A stretch of 64,000 bases of DNA from an uncultured Bacteroidia bacterium (GTDB taxonomy: Bacteria; Bacteroidota; Bacteroidia; Bacteroidales; UBA932), in the NCBI GenBank assembly GCA_902779495.1, contig CACZBP010000003.1, positions 1,228 through 65,227 on the forward strand, given 5' to 3'. A program made the position numbers and the translations under genes. Of this stretch, positions 55,225-64,000 are shown one piece after another. Within the stretch, counting starts at the first letter, position 1. Every line of letters begins with the position of its first letter. The notes below the pieces were generated by a model, which ran no database searches, was not told the DNA's origin, and saw only the letters and a program-made list of their open reading frames with translations.

Positions 55225-56763
55225 ATGAAAAAGTTGCTGTTTGTTTCCCTGCTGCTGGCGGCCGCGCTGAACGCGGGCGCGCAGGGCTTCGGGTTCGGAC
55301 AGGCCTCGGAACCGGAAGGTCTCGCCAAACCCGCCCGTCAGTTCACCCTGGACCTGACTCCCGACGGAGCGGCCCAGATGGTCGTCTATCTGCCGCAGGA
55401 GCCCACCGGGCGCGCGGTGGTCGACTGTCCGGGTGGCGGCTATGCCGTCCTGTCCAACACCCACGAGGGTGCGGCCTGGGCCCCGTTCTTCAACAAGCGC
55501 GGCATCGCCTTCATGCTCGTGAACTACCGGATTCCCCACGGGGACCGGACCCTTCCCATCACGGATGTGGAGACGGCCATGCGCATCGTGCGCGACAGCG
55601 CCGCCGTATGGAAGCTGAACCCGCGCGACGTGGGTATCATGGGCTCCTCGGCCGGCGGCCACCTGGCCTCCACCATCGCCACGCACACGCCGTACGAACT
55701 GCGGCCGGACTTCCAGATCCTGGTCTATCCGGTGATCACGATGGGTCCCGGCACGCACCAGGGCTCGCTGGATGGCCTGCTGGGCGACCAGCAGAAGGAT
55801 CCCGAGCTGGTGCGCCTGTACAGCAACCAGTACCAGGTGCGCAGCCACATCACCCCGCCCGCCTTCATCGTGCTCTCGAGCGATGACAACCTGGTGCCGC
55901 CCGTGCCCAATGCCATCGCCTTCTACACCGCGATGCGGGAGGCCGGCAACAGCTGCTCGCTGCATATCTATCCCACCGGCGGCCACGGTTACGGCTATAT
56001 GCCTTTCTTCGCCTACCACGACCAGATGGTCTCCGACCTGTCTTCCTGGCTGGACAACCTGAAGGCCCCGAAGCAGGATGCCGTGCGCGTGGCCTGCATC
56101 GGCGACAGCATCACCGACGGCCACGGCATCGACCTGCGGACGGTGAACGGCTATCCCGCCCAGGTGCAGACGATGCTGGGCGACGGCTACGTGGTGAAGA
56201 ACCTGGGCGTAAGCGCCCGCACGATGATGGACTCCGGCGACCTGCCGTACATGAATGAACTCGCCTGGCAGGACGCCCTCGCGTTCCAGCCCGACGTGGT
56301 CGTGATCAAGCTGGGCACCAACGACACCAAGACGCACAACTGGAAGGACCGGAAGGCGTTCTCCGCCGATATGCAGAAGATGATCGACGCGCTGAAGGCC
56401 CTGCCCACGAAACCGCGTATCCTGGTGTGCACGCCCATCCCGGCCCTCAAGGACAGCTGGACCATCAGCGAGAAGCTCATCGCGGAGGAGGTGATCCCCG
56501 CGGTCGAGCGGGTCGCCAAGCGGAACAAGCTGGAGGTGATTGACCTCCACGCCGCTTTCGCCGGCCAGGAGAACCTCTATCAGGAGGATGGCATCCATCC
56601 CACCCAGCAGGGTGCCCGCCGGATCGCCGAGATCGTGGCGAAGGCCATCGATCCCAACGCCCAGACCGAGCAGCGCGGCTTCTTCGGACGCGGCGGCGGC
56701 CGTCCCGCCGGCCCCGGTGCTCCCGGCGCCGGTCCGCGCCCGGGCGCTCCCCGTCCGCAGTAA
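55225..56763 (+). CDS. exported two-domain esterase: alpha/beta-hydrolase + SGNH/GDSL hydrolase
   Basis: CPGGGY, GSSAGGH, GGHG in domain 1; CIGDSIT, KLGTND, DGIHP in domain 2; probable carbohydrate esterase. Confidence 0.88.
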   Translation: MKKLLFVSLLLAAALNAGAQGFGFGQASEPEGLAKPARQFTLDLTPDGAAQMVVYLPQEPTGRAVVDCPGGGYAVLSNTHEGAAWAPFFNKRGIAFMLVNYRIPHGDRTLPITDVETAMRIVRDSAAVWKLNPRDVGIMGSSAGGHLASTIATHTPYELRPDFQILVYPVITMGPGTHQGSLDGLLGDQQKDPELVRLYSNQYQVRSHITPPAFIVLSSDDNLVPPVPNAIAFYTAMREAGNSCSLHIYPTGGHGYGYMPFFAYHDQMVSDLSSWLDNLKAPKQDAVRVACIGDSITDGHGIDLRTVNGYPAQVQTMLGDGYVVKNLGVSARTMMDSGDLPYMNELAWQDALAFQPDVVVIKLGTNDTKTHNWKDRKAFSADMQKMIDALKALPTKPRILVCTPIPALKDSWTISEKLIAEEVIPAVERVAKRNKLEVIDLHAAFAGQENLYQEDGIHPTQQGARRIAEIVAKAIDPNAQTEQRGFFGRGGGRPAGPGAPGAGPRPGAPRPQ

Positions 56764-56838
56764 CCGGTCTTGTCCGCCGTTATCGGCCGGAAGATCCCCA
56801 TTTGCCCGGCAGAAATTGCGGGAGAGCCAAAAAAGCAG

Positions 56839-56846
56839 TATCTTTG
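56839..56846 (+). promoter_or_regulatory. -7 promoter element of the tRNA gene (TATCTTTG)
   Basis: TAnnTTTG ending 6 bp before the tRNA 5' end. Confidence 0.65.
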
Positions 56847-56852
56847 CACCGA

Positions 56853-57152
56853 GCCTTGGTGGTGGAATGGTAGACACGAGGGACTTAGAATCATTTGAGT
56901 GCGCGTTCCGAAAGGAGCGATGTAGAATGTCGTAAAGTCAAGGAAGCCTTAACAGGTAAAGCTGATGGTAATCTTGAGCCAAGCCTCCGGGAGGAGGAAG
57001 GTGCAGAGACTAGACACGACACACTTAAAGATCCGAGATCCATGGTGAAGGAATAGTCCGGACCACAAACAGAGACTGGTGGCGAAAGCCATAGTGGCAA
57101 GAAAATCCCTTGGCCCGAAACGGCCGTGCGGGTTCGAGTCCCGCCCGAGGCA
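56853..57152 (+). tRNA. trnL: tRNA-Leu(UAA), split by a group I intron; exons 56853-56886 and 57102-57152
   Basis: Joined exons give an 85-nt cloverleaf: acceptor GCCTTGG/CCGAGGC-A, anticodon arm AGGGA-CTT^AAAA-TCCCT, long variable arm, T arm GCGGG-TTCGAGT-CCCGC. CCA is not encoded. Confidence 0.93.
56887..57101 (+). ncRNA. group I self-splicing intron (IC3-like), 215 nt, no internal ORF
   Basis: P1 ACUU/GAGU with U.G at the 5' splice site; P3 TGTCGT/ACGACA; P4 TCAAGG/TCTTGA; P7 G(A)GACTA/TAGTCC; GNRA-capped P2 and P9 hairpins; terminal G57101. Confidence 0.92.
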
Positions 57153-57156
57153 CTTC

Positions 57157-57195
57157 AAGAGAGCCGACTGTTGTATAACAGCCGGCTCTCTTTTT
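57157..57195 (+). terminator. intrinsic terminator of the tRNA gene
   Basis: AAGAGAGCCG.CTGTT-GTAT-AACAG.CGGCTCTCTT followed by a T-run. Confidence 0.8.
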
Positions 57196-57267
57196 CAGGC
57201 AAGCGCGTACTTTTTTGGGTTTTTGGCCGAAAAATCATATATTTATGCTGCGAAAAACGTGCTTCCT

Positions 57268-58455
57268 ATGAAACTAAAACTGCTATTCCTGACTCTCGCT
57301 GCTGCGCTGTGCGCGCAGGTCGCCCTGGCGCAGCAGAGCAAGGCCGACCCCAGCCTGGAGTTCAATCCCCACTGGTACGGCCAGGTCCAGGGAGGCGCCG
57401 CCTACACCATCGGCGAGACAGCCTTCAAGGATCTTCTCTCCCCGGCAGCGGCCGTTTTGTTCGGCTATCAGTTCACCCCGGTCGTCGGCCTGCGCTTCGG
57501 CGCCACGGGCTGGCAGGGCAAGGGGAATGTCGTCTCTCCCTTCGAGGTTTACAAGATCGGCTATGCCCAGGGCCAGGCCGAACTGACCGTGGACCTGGCG
57601 AACCTGTTCGGCGGATACAACCACCGCCGCGTGTTCAGCCCCTTCCTCTTCGTGGGCGGCGGTGTGGCCTACGGCTTCGACAACGGCGCCATGAAGGTGA
57701 CGAAGACGGACCCGAAGGCGTACTTCGGCCATCTCTGGGAGAAGCATGTGGTCTCCCCCGTGGGCCGGTACGGAATCGGTACGGGCATCCGCCTGTCCGA
57801 CGCGGTGGCGCTCACCCTCGAGGTGAACGGCAACCTCCTCAATGACAAGTTCAACTCCAAGCGGGTGGACAACCCCGATCACCAGTTCAACGCCCTGGCC
57901 GGCCTGAAGCTCGCCTTCGGCAAGACCACGCGCCCGAGCCAGGCGTACCTCGATGAGCTGGCCGCCAAACGGGCGCAGGAGGAGGCGGAGCGGGCCGCGA
58001 GACTGGCCGCCGAGCGGGCGGAAGCCGAGCGCTTGGCCGCCGAGCGCGCCGCACGGGAACGCGAAGAAGCCGAGCGGCTGGCTGCCGAACGGGCTGCACG
58101 CGAACGGGCCGAGGCGGAGCGTCTGGCCGCCGAGATGAGCCGGCGCAACACCTTCTTCACCATCAACTCCGCCGAGATCTCCAGCGAGGAGGCCGGCAAG
58201 TTCGACCGCTACATCGACTGGCTCAAGGCCAACCCGGGCGTGCGGATCGTCATCGAAGGCTATGCCGACAAGGGCACCGGCACCCACGGCTACAACCAGA
58301 AGCTTTCCGACCGGCGCGCCGCCGCCGTCAAGGACTTCCTGGTGGGCAAGGGCATCGCCGCGTCCCGGATCATCTCCGTCGAGGGCAACGGCGACCGGAT
58401 CCAGCCGTTCGCCGAGAACGACCTCAACCGTGTCGTCATCATTACCGTAGAATAA
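57268..58455 (+). CDS. OmpA-family outer membrane protein
   Basis: Signal peptide, beta-barrel, Ala/Glu/Arg linker, C-terminal IEGYAD..TG...YNQKLSDRRA..VK..L...GI...RI...NRVVII. Confidence 0.92.
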   Translation: MKLKLLFLTLAAALCAQVALAQQSKADPSLEFNPHWYGQVQGGAAYTIGETAFKDLLSPAAAVLFGYQFTPVVGLRFGATGWQGKGNVVSPFEVYKIGYAQGQAELTVDLANLFGGYNHRRVFSPFLFVGGGVAYGFDNGAMKVTKTDPKAYFGHLWEKHVVSPVGRYGIGTGIRLSDAVALTLEVNGNLLNDKFNSKRVDNPDHQFNALAGLKLAFGKTTRPSQAYLDELAAKRAQEEAERAARLAAERAEAERLAAERAAREREEAERLAAERAARERAEAERLAAEMSRRNTFFTINSAEISSEEAGKFDRYIDWLKANPGVRIVIEGYADKGTGTHGYNQKLSDRRAAAVKDFLVGKGIAASRIISVEGNGDRIQPFAENDLNRVVIITVE

Positions 58456-58478
58456 TAACAATCAAAACCCAGAGCACC

Positions 58479-60791
58479 ATGAAAATCCGATTCATTAGAT
58501 TCACGGCGGCGCTCCTCGCGGGAGCCGCGCTGCTCGCTGCCGGCTGTACCGACTTCGGGGCGGACCTCCGGAGTGTGGAAGAAAAGTACGCCGACCTTCC
58601 CGGCCGGGTTGCCTCGCTGGAAAGCCAGCTGGGCGCCCTCCAGGCCACCCTCGCGACGACCTACGAGACGATCGCGAACCACGAGGCGGATATGCAGGGC
58701 CTGCGGGATGAAATCACCGCCCTGCTGGACGCGAAGCTCGACAAGAGCACCTACGAGGCATTCCAGGCATCCGTGGCGAACGCCCAGACGGTCCTGGCGG
58801 GCCTGAAGTACGCCGACAAGGATTTCGTGAACCAGGTCGCCGCCCTGCTGAAGGACCTCGCCGCCCTGACGGCGGGCGACTGGACGGCCGCGGGCGTGAA
58901 GTACGCGACCGTGCAGGAATACATCGACGGCGAAATCGCCCGGTTGGAGAACCGCCTGTCCAAGGCGGAGAAGGCCATTGAGGACCTGACCAAGACGGGC
59001 GGCGTCATCGACCAGCTCAAGAAGGCCATCGCGGATCTCCAGAATAACAAGCTGGACAAGGAAGATTTCACGGCATACAAGGAGGCGACCGCCGTTACCC
59101 TTGGTCTCTTGCAGGCTGCGATTGAAAACCTGACCGCCCTCACCGCCGGTTTCCCCGAGGGTAAGACCATCAAGGAATATGTTGACGGTCTGTACCAGGA
59201 GATCATAACCAAGTTAGACGACTATCTGCTGAAGTCCACCTTCGAAGAATTCGTGAAGATCGCTGCCACCAAGGTTGAACTGAAAGCCGTAAAGGCTGAA
59301 CTGGAAGGCCGCCTCGAGTCGCTTGAGGGCCTGCTTAAAGGTGAATGGGGGGACAAGACCGTACAGGAGTACATTGACGACCAGATTTCCGTGCTCCATG
59401 GACAGCTCGCCCAGATTACCAACACGGAAGGAACCGGTCGTCTGGACGTGCTCGAGTCTGCCGCCGCCGAGTATTTCAATCAGGTTGACAAGATCTGGGA
59501 TCTCATAAAGTTTGCCGATGGGTATACGGGCGAATATAGCGATGGCCTCCAGGGCTACATTGATGCCGGTGACATGTTGACGCTCCAGGATGCCAAGGAT
59601 TATACCGATCAAGTAATCAAGTTGTTGGTCGACCAGCTCAATGATATTTTTGAGGAGATAAACTCCCGCGTGCAGAGCATCGTGCTCGTGCCTGCATTCG
59701 ATGACGGCAAGATGTCCATAGTCGGCGGCGGAGCGGAGGTCAACACGTTCAAAATCATGCCGACGGATGCCGCCAAGACCGTTGTGGAAGCATTCGCCGC
59801 AGATCCCACTTCCTTCAGCCTCGATGTCAAGACCGTCGAAACCCGCGCGGGCGGCGAGGTTCCCCTCAAATTAACGGTGACGGATGTCAAGTTCAATGCG
59901 GCGAATGCCGACAAGGGTTGGGTGGACGTATACGTGGACAGCAACTTCAACACGCTTTCGGCAGCGGATCAGGCTAAAAGCTATTCCGCCGCACTGGTTA
60001 TCGACGGCGCCGGGACATCCATCTCCAGTCCGTTCTACGGCGTCTTTGTGGATGAGTCTATTGTCAGGTATAAACTTACTCCGCTAGACAAGTATGGCGA
60101 TCCGGAGGACATAATCATTGCCTGGAATTACAAGTTCTACGATGATATCTGTGACACACTCGTTGCCAAAATTCTGGTTGACGGAGACCGCAGCAAGCTC
60201 ATAGGTGGGGCGGTGAGGAAGGATCATTCTTGGAACGTTGTCTCCGGTGCTGATTATTTTGATGGTACTGGTGCAATTTCGACGCATACCAATGACGCTA
60301 AAGCCATCGATGTGACCCTCTGTTCCGCCGCAGAGTATGGGGTTAGTGATTCCACCTATTTGCACTCCCTTCAGATATACGATCCCGTAGAGGACATTAC
60401 TTATATCGGAGAGTTCAACTTCCTCGTCAAGGCCCGTCCGGCCGACGCCGTGATCGAGCTGGATCCCGTCGAAGCGAAGGTCGGTGATCCCGAGGTCGTC
60501 GTCGATGCCATCACGGCATTGTATAATTACCACAAGAAGTATTATTCCAGATATACCCTTGCAGATCTCTTGCCCGACTTCGTCAGCGGGGTAACGATTG
60601 ATTCAAAAAAGGTTACCGTAGACGGCGCTCCTTACAGTGCCAGCGTAGGATATAATTTCGGAGTTAATTCCGGCGTAGAGAAAACATCCTTCTCGGTGGA
60701 TCTGGACCAGGCCGGCGCGTGGAAGATCTATGTGTACACGCACTTCGCCGGTGTGGGCTACACCTTCATCATTCCCGTCAACGTGGAGTAA
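58479..60791 (+). CDS. large surface lipoprotein with a long N-terminal coiled coil and a beta-rich C-terminus
   Basis: Lipobox AAGC; ~400 aa of heptad-like helix, then RVQSIVLVP...ETRAGG. Confidence 0.8.
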   Translation: MKIRFIRFTAALLAGAALLAAGCTDFGADLRSVEEKYADLPGRVASLESQLGALQATLATTYETIANHEADMQGLRDEITALLDAKLDKSTYEAFQASVANAQTVLAGLKYADKDFVNQVAALLKDLAALTAGDWTAAGVKYATVQEYIDGEIARLENRLSKAEKAIEDLTKTGGVIDQLKKAIADLQNNKLDKEDFTAYKEATAVTLGLLQAAIENLTALTAGFPEGKTIKEYVDGLYQEIITKLDDYLLKSTFEEFVKIAATKVELKAVKAELEGRLESLEGLLKGEWGDKTVQEYIDDQISVLHGQLAQITNTEGTGRLDVLESAAAEYFNQVDKIWDLIKFADGYTGEYSDGLQGYIDAGDMLTLQDAKDYTDQVIKLLVDQLNDIFEEINSRVQSIVLVPAFDDGKMSIVGGGAEVNTFKIMPTDAAKTVVEAFAADPTSFSLDVKTVETRAGGEVPLKLTVTDVKFNAANADKGWVDVYVDSNFNTLSAADQAKSYSAALVIDGAGTSISSPFYGVFVDESIVRYKLTPLDKYGDPEDIIIAWNYKFYDDICDTLVAKILVDGDRSKLIGGAVRKDHSWNVVSGADYFDGTGAISTHTNDAKAIDVTLCSAAEYGVSDSTYLHSLQIYDPVEDITYIGEFNFLVKARPADAVIELDPVEAKVGDPEVVVDAITALYNYHKKYYSRYTLADLLPDFVSGVTIDSKKVTVDGAPYSASVGYNFGVNSGVEKTSFSVDLDQAGAWKIYVYTHFAGVGYTFIIPVNVE

Positions 60792-60810
60792 TCCGCCGGC
60801 GCACAAAAGC

Positions 60811-60844
60811 AGACGCTCTCCGGGAGGAGGGCGTCTCTTTTTTT
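60811..60844 (+). terminator. intrinsic terminator
   Basis: AGACGCTCTCC-GGGA-GGAGGGCGTCT followed by a T-run. Confidence 0.8.
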
Positions 60845-60909
60845 ACTGCGGAGGAATGCTTGCGGGAACGGGAAAAAAGGTGTAGCTTAGCAGAGCTAAA
60901 ACTATTCAT

Positions 60910-62049
60910 ATGAAAAAGACGACTCTTTCCCGGCTTGCGGCCGCCTGTGCGCTGGCGCTGCTTTTCTGTGTTTCTGCGAAGGCCCAGACAAAGGCCCCCG
61001 GCGACCTGTTGGACAAATCCGATTTCGAAACGGAGATAGACGGGAAGCCGGTATCCCTGTTTACCATCACGAACGGCCGGATCACCGCCCAGGTCACCAA
61101 TTTCGGCGGCTACATCGTGGGCATCTACACCCCGGACAAGGACGGCGTATATACCAATGTCGTGGGGCACAACGACAATATCCAGCAATACCGGACCTTC
61201 AGCCGCAACCCCGTGGGGTCGTCCCTCGGCCGCTACGCGAACCGCATCGGGCACGCGACGTTCACCCTGGACGGCGTCAAATATGAAGTGACCAGGAATA
61301 ACGGAGAACATACCCTGCACGGCGGTAGGAACGGATTCGACCATGTCGTGTGGGACGTGGAAGCGGTGAGCGAAAGCGCGGTGGTGCTGAGTTGCGTCCT
61401 GGCGGACGGCGTGGACGGATTCCCCGGAAACCTGAAGACCTTCCTGACCTTTTCCGTCACCGATGACGACGGGGTGTCGATCGACTACCGGGCGACCACG
61501 GACAAACCCACTGTCTGCAACCTGTCGCACCACGTCTATTTCAACCTGGACGGGTTCCCGGCGGAGAATGTCCTCAACCACGTCGTGTGGATCAATGCCG
61601 ACGCCATCACTGAGACGGACAGTACCCTGATCCCGACAGGCCGGCTCCTGCCGGTGGACGGTACGCCGTACGATTTCCGCAGTCCTGTGGCGCTGGGCAG
61701 CCGTCAGGTCGCCCTGCCCGCCGGACGGGGCGCCTTCGGGCCCGGCGCTCCGGCGCCGGAAATCCCGGAGGGGATGGTGCGCAGCTTCGACCAGAATTTC
61801 TGCCTGAACCACAGTTTGGAAGGGCAGGTGGAAAAGGTGGCTTCCGTCTATTCTCCGGCTTCCGGCCGGCGGATGGAAGTCTTCAGCGACCAACCGGGCC
61901 TGCAGTTCTTTACGGGGAACCGCCTGGCCTTCGCGATGGAATCACAGCTGTATCCGGACACCCTGAACCGTCCCGAGTTCCCGGGCAAGGCGGTCCTGCG
62001 TCCGGGCGAGACGTATCATCATACCGTCATTTACCGGTTTTCAAGATAG
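60910..62049 (+). CDS. galM: aldose 1-epimerase (galactose mutarotase), exported
   Basis: GRYANRI, LHGG..GFD, DGFPGNL, H.YFNL.G, TPYDFR, DQPGLQF, ESQ.YPD. Confidence 0.9.
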   Translation: MKKTTLSRLAAACALALLFCVSAKAQTKAPGDLLDKSDFETEIDGKPVSLFTITNGRITAQVTNFGGYIVGIYTPDKDGVYTNVVGHNDNIQQYRTFSRNPVGSSLGRYANRIGHATFTLDGVKYEVTRNNGEHTLHGGRNGFDHVVWDVEAVSESAVVLSCVLADGVDGFPGNLKTFLTFSVTDDDGVSIDYRATTDKPTVCNLSHHVYFNLDGFPAENVLNHVVWINADAITETDSTLIPTGRLLPVDGTPYDFRSPVALGSRQVALPAGRGAFGPGAPAPEIPEGMVRSFDQNFCLNHSLEGQVEKVASVYSPASGRRMEVFSDQPGLQFFTGNRLAFAMESQLYPDTLNRPEFPGKAVLRPGETYHHTVIYRFSR

Positions 62050-62069
62050 CGCGGAAGAACGCCGGCCGC

Positions 62070-62816
62070 TCATTCTTTGACCGCAGCGACCATCACGCCG
62101 GAGCTGAGGGCGGTTTCCAGCCCGAGGATCCGGCGGTCGGCGCCGGCGGAGCGCCAGACGGTGATCTCGCTGCCGCTGCCGTTCTCCATCAGGCCGCGCT
62201 CGACCATCTTGAGCACGAAACGTTCCGCCTTCACGCCGGGGAAACGCTCCGTGTCGGCGCCCTGGAAGTTCAGGGTGGCCGAGACGGTGTTGGCGCCCAT
62301 CATCAGGCGCAGGGAACGGGACTCCCCGGCCTTGAAGTTCTGGAAACGGACGTACTGCAGCAGGGAGAGCATGTCCATCGTCTTCCCGTCCAGCGGCAGG
62401 GTCTGCGTCACGGGGTCTGCCGGCGGCTTGACGAACTCGGTGGTGATGGTCTTGGCCTTCCGGTCATAGGTGCACGCGAACTTGCCTTCCTTGCCGCCTT
62501 TCTTGATGGGGTTGAAGCTGTAGACCGGCTCCTGCCCGCCGGGCGTGAGGTAGGCGTCCGCGATGTACTCCGCGTTCAGGAACAGGCGGAAAATGGAGGA
62601 GGCGCGGATGGAGGCGTGCGAATGCAGGACGGCCTGCTGCTCCCATTTGCCTTTTTCCAGGGAGATGGTGGCATCGGCCACCTTGGTGTCGAGGGCGCCC
62701 AGTTTGTAGCGGACCTCATATTGGACGGCACCGAGCGCCTCCGAAGACACGTTCTTCGGGGCGGGGGACTGGCCCGGAATCAGGAGGGCCAGCAAAATGA
62801 AGGTTTTCAGCATCAT
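62070..62816 (-). CDS. exported protein, DUF3108-like
   Basis: Signal peptide, Y.V.YK.G, DMLSLL.Y.R, I.VW.S.G..R pattern. Confidence 0.65.
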   Translation of the reverse strand: MMLKTFILLALLIPGQSPAPKNVSSEALGAVQYEVRYKLGALDTKVADATISLEKGKWEQQAVLHSHASIRASSIFRLFLNAEYIADAYLTPGGQEPVYSFNPIKKGGKEGKFACTYDRKAKTITTEFVKPPADPVTQTLPLDGKTMDMLSLLQYVRFQNFKAGESRSLRLMMGANTVSATLNFQGADTERFPGVKAERFVLKMVERGLMENGSGSEITVWRSAGADRRILGLETALSSGVMVAAVKE

Positions 62817-64000
62817 CGTACTTCAATAATCACACGGCGGTAGGCGGGCAGCCGGAAGGGACCGTCGTCGTGGACCTCGCAGACGAGGTGGTAGTTGCGT
62901 CCGGCTGCATCGGCGGGAATATGCACGACGGGCCGGGGACTGTCTGCGCCGTCCAGTTGCGGCATCGTTCCGTCATCCTCCGGGAACCGCTGGAACCACC
63001 ATTCAAATTGCAGGCCATCCCCGTCGGGGTCGCTGGAAAGGGAGGCGTCCGGATTCAGCGTCGCGCCGGGCCGGGCGTTTATCCGGACGGGATCGAGCCC
63101 GCCCCGGCGGTCGATCCGCACGACCGGGTTGCGGTTGCCGGCCCCTTCCGCCGCCCATTGCATACGCGCGGCGAAATCCCGGAACTCGTCCGGGTAGAAC
63201 TTCTTCTCATAGGCGTCGGAGATGTCCTTCAGCGGCTGCTGCCAGTTGGTCCAGGCGTTCGTGATCCGGTCCGGCGAGAGGCCGAAGGCGTGCTGTCCGC
63301 CCCAGCCGGCCTGCGTAGGGTCGTCCGGGTCGTTGAGGCCGTTGGGCATCACGTGCAGGAAACTCGGCGTGTCGCCCTCGACACCCCAGAGGAAATGCGG
63401 ATACACGCCGCCCAGCGCCCCGTGGCCCTGGATCTGCTCCGCATAGGCGTCCCAGTCCGCCTTCCCGAGGGCGTTCTGGTTCAGCCAGGCGCTCTCGTCC
63501 CAGACGAACATCAGGTCCTCGGAAAACTCGCGCCGCAGCCACTGGTGGGAACTGTAGGCGCGGTTCATCCGCATCGCGTACACCATGTCCTGGTCCGTGA
63601 TGGTGTAGAGGCGGAACTTGCGCAGGAAGGCTTTCAGCTCTTCGGGCGAGCGCTCCTGCTGCACCTTCCAGACGGCCTGCGCGAAGGTGTTGCCGCCGCC
63701 CCAGACGCACACCCATATGGGGCGCTCGTCGGGCTCGTCGGCCAGGCGGATGATGAGTTCGCTGCCGGGGGTGTCGTTGTCCGGCCCGATTACGCCGATG
63801 CCGGCGCGGGGGCTGCCGGGCATGGTGCGGCTGCGGAGATAGTCCGCGCTGGGCCAGTAACCCAGGCGCTGGGCGCCCTGTTCCTGCTTCGCGGGGAGGA
63901 ATTCCGTCTGCCCGGAACGCTTCATCAGATTCTGCACGTCCTGCTCGTAGGCGTCCTCCACACGGCGGAGGTATTCGGCCCATTCCGGGGGATAGGGATC
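62813..64000 (-). CDS. DUF1593 (nucleoside hydrolase-like/Sde0182) protein with a C-terminal Ig-like domain; 5' end outside the window
   Basis: TPGSELII, RPIWVCVWGG.NT.AQA, LYTITDQD, EGDTPSFL...PNGL.DP..P...GWGG, FAARMQW, SSDPDGD.L.F.WW. Confidence 0.85.
   Translation of the reverse strand, partial: DPYPPEWAEYLRRVEDAYEQDVQNLMKRSGQTEFLPAKQEQGAQRLGYWPSADYLRSRTMPGSPRAGIGVIGPDNDTPGSELIIRLADEPDERPIWVCVWGGGNTFAQAVWKVQQERSPEELKAFLRKFRLYTITDQDMVYAMRMNRAYSSHQWLRREFSEDLMFVWDESAWLNQNALGKADWDAYAEQIQGHGALGGVYPHFLWGVEGDTPSFLHVMPNGLNDPDDPTQAGWGGQHAFGLSPDRITNAWTNWQQPLKDISDAYEKKFYPDEFRDFAARMQWAAEGAGNRNPVVRIDRRGGLDPVRINARPGATLNPDASLSSDPDGDGLQFEWWFQRFPEDDGTMPQLDGADSPRPVVHIPADAAGRNYHLVCEVHDDGPFRLPAYRRVIIEVR

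Noticed and set aside
51950-56877. Long antisense ORFs (51950-53950, 54303-55328, 55177-56877; likewise 4685-6283, 6507-7790, 33988-35142)
   Set aside because: Shadow frames caused by high GC3 codon bias opposite clearly recognisable genes.
56853-56930. Uninterrupted tRNA-Leu(UAG), reading CT-TAG-AA as the loop
   Set aside because: The following TCATT does not pair properly with AGGGA and no T arm follows. The true 3' half lies 215 nt downstream, and P1 geometry puts the splice site after U34, giving UAA.
56891-57267. Homing endonuclease or small ORFs in the intron; extended OmpA start at 57079
   Set aside because: The 69-aa ORFs are antisense to structured RNA and lack LAGLIDADG, HNH or GIY-YIG motifs. 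The OmpA signal peptide begins at 57268, after the terminator.

Overview
High-GC chromosomal window from a Bacteroidales-type bacterium. The assignment is inferred from TAnnTTTG promoters, gene content and many lipoproteins. Most of it is housekeeping: serB, deoD, an aroB/aroD-aroA/aroC-sufB-pnuC-sufC-sufD-ispE-tsaE operon, comM, prmC, ddl, PBP1A, topA, ispD and mreBCD-mrdA-rodA, plus carbohydrate-active enzymes and two toxin-antitoxin-like modules. The standout feature is a tRNA-Leu(UAA) gene split at the anticodon by a 215-nt group I intron with a complete catalytic core (56853-57152). A ~4.3 kb foreign island (35.2-39.5 kb) encodes three lipoproteins: an apparently inactivated DUF3380 muramidase, a BMP-type binding protein, and a binding-protein/legumain(C13) protease fusion. 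Other points are a His/Cys tandem-repeat insert in AroB, an AroD-AroA fusion, a membrane-anchored LytTR regulator with a matching direct-repeat operator, a dual-membrane anti-sigma/ECF pair, a 3'-deleted tRNA-Leu(CAA) and dispersed palindromic repeats. Codon and CATG usage switch sharply inside mreB (~50.3 kb), suggesting the window joins DNA from two different genomes. All family calls are from motif recognition by eye; no database search was run.
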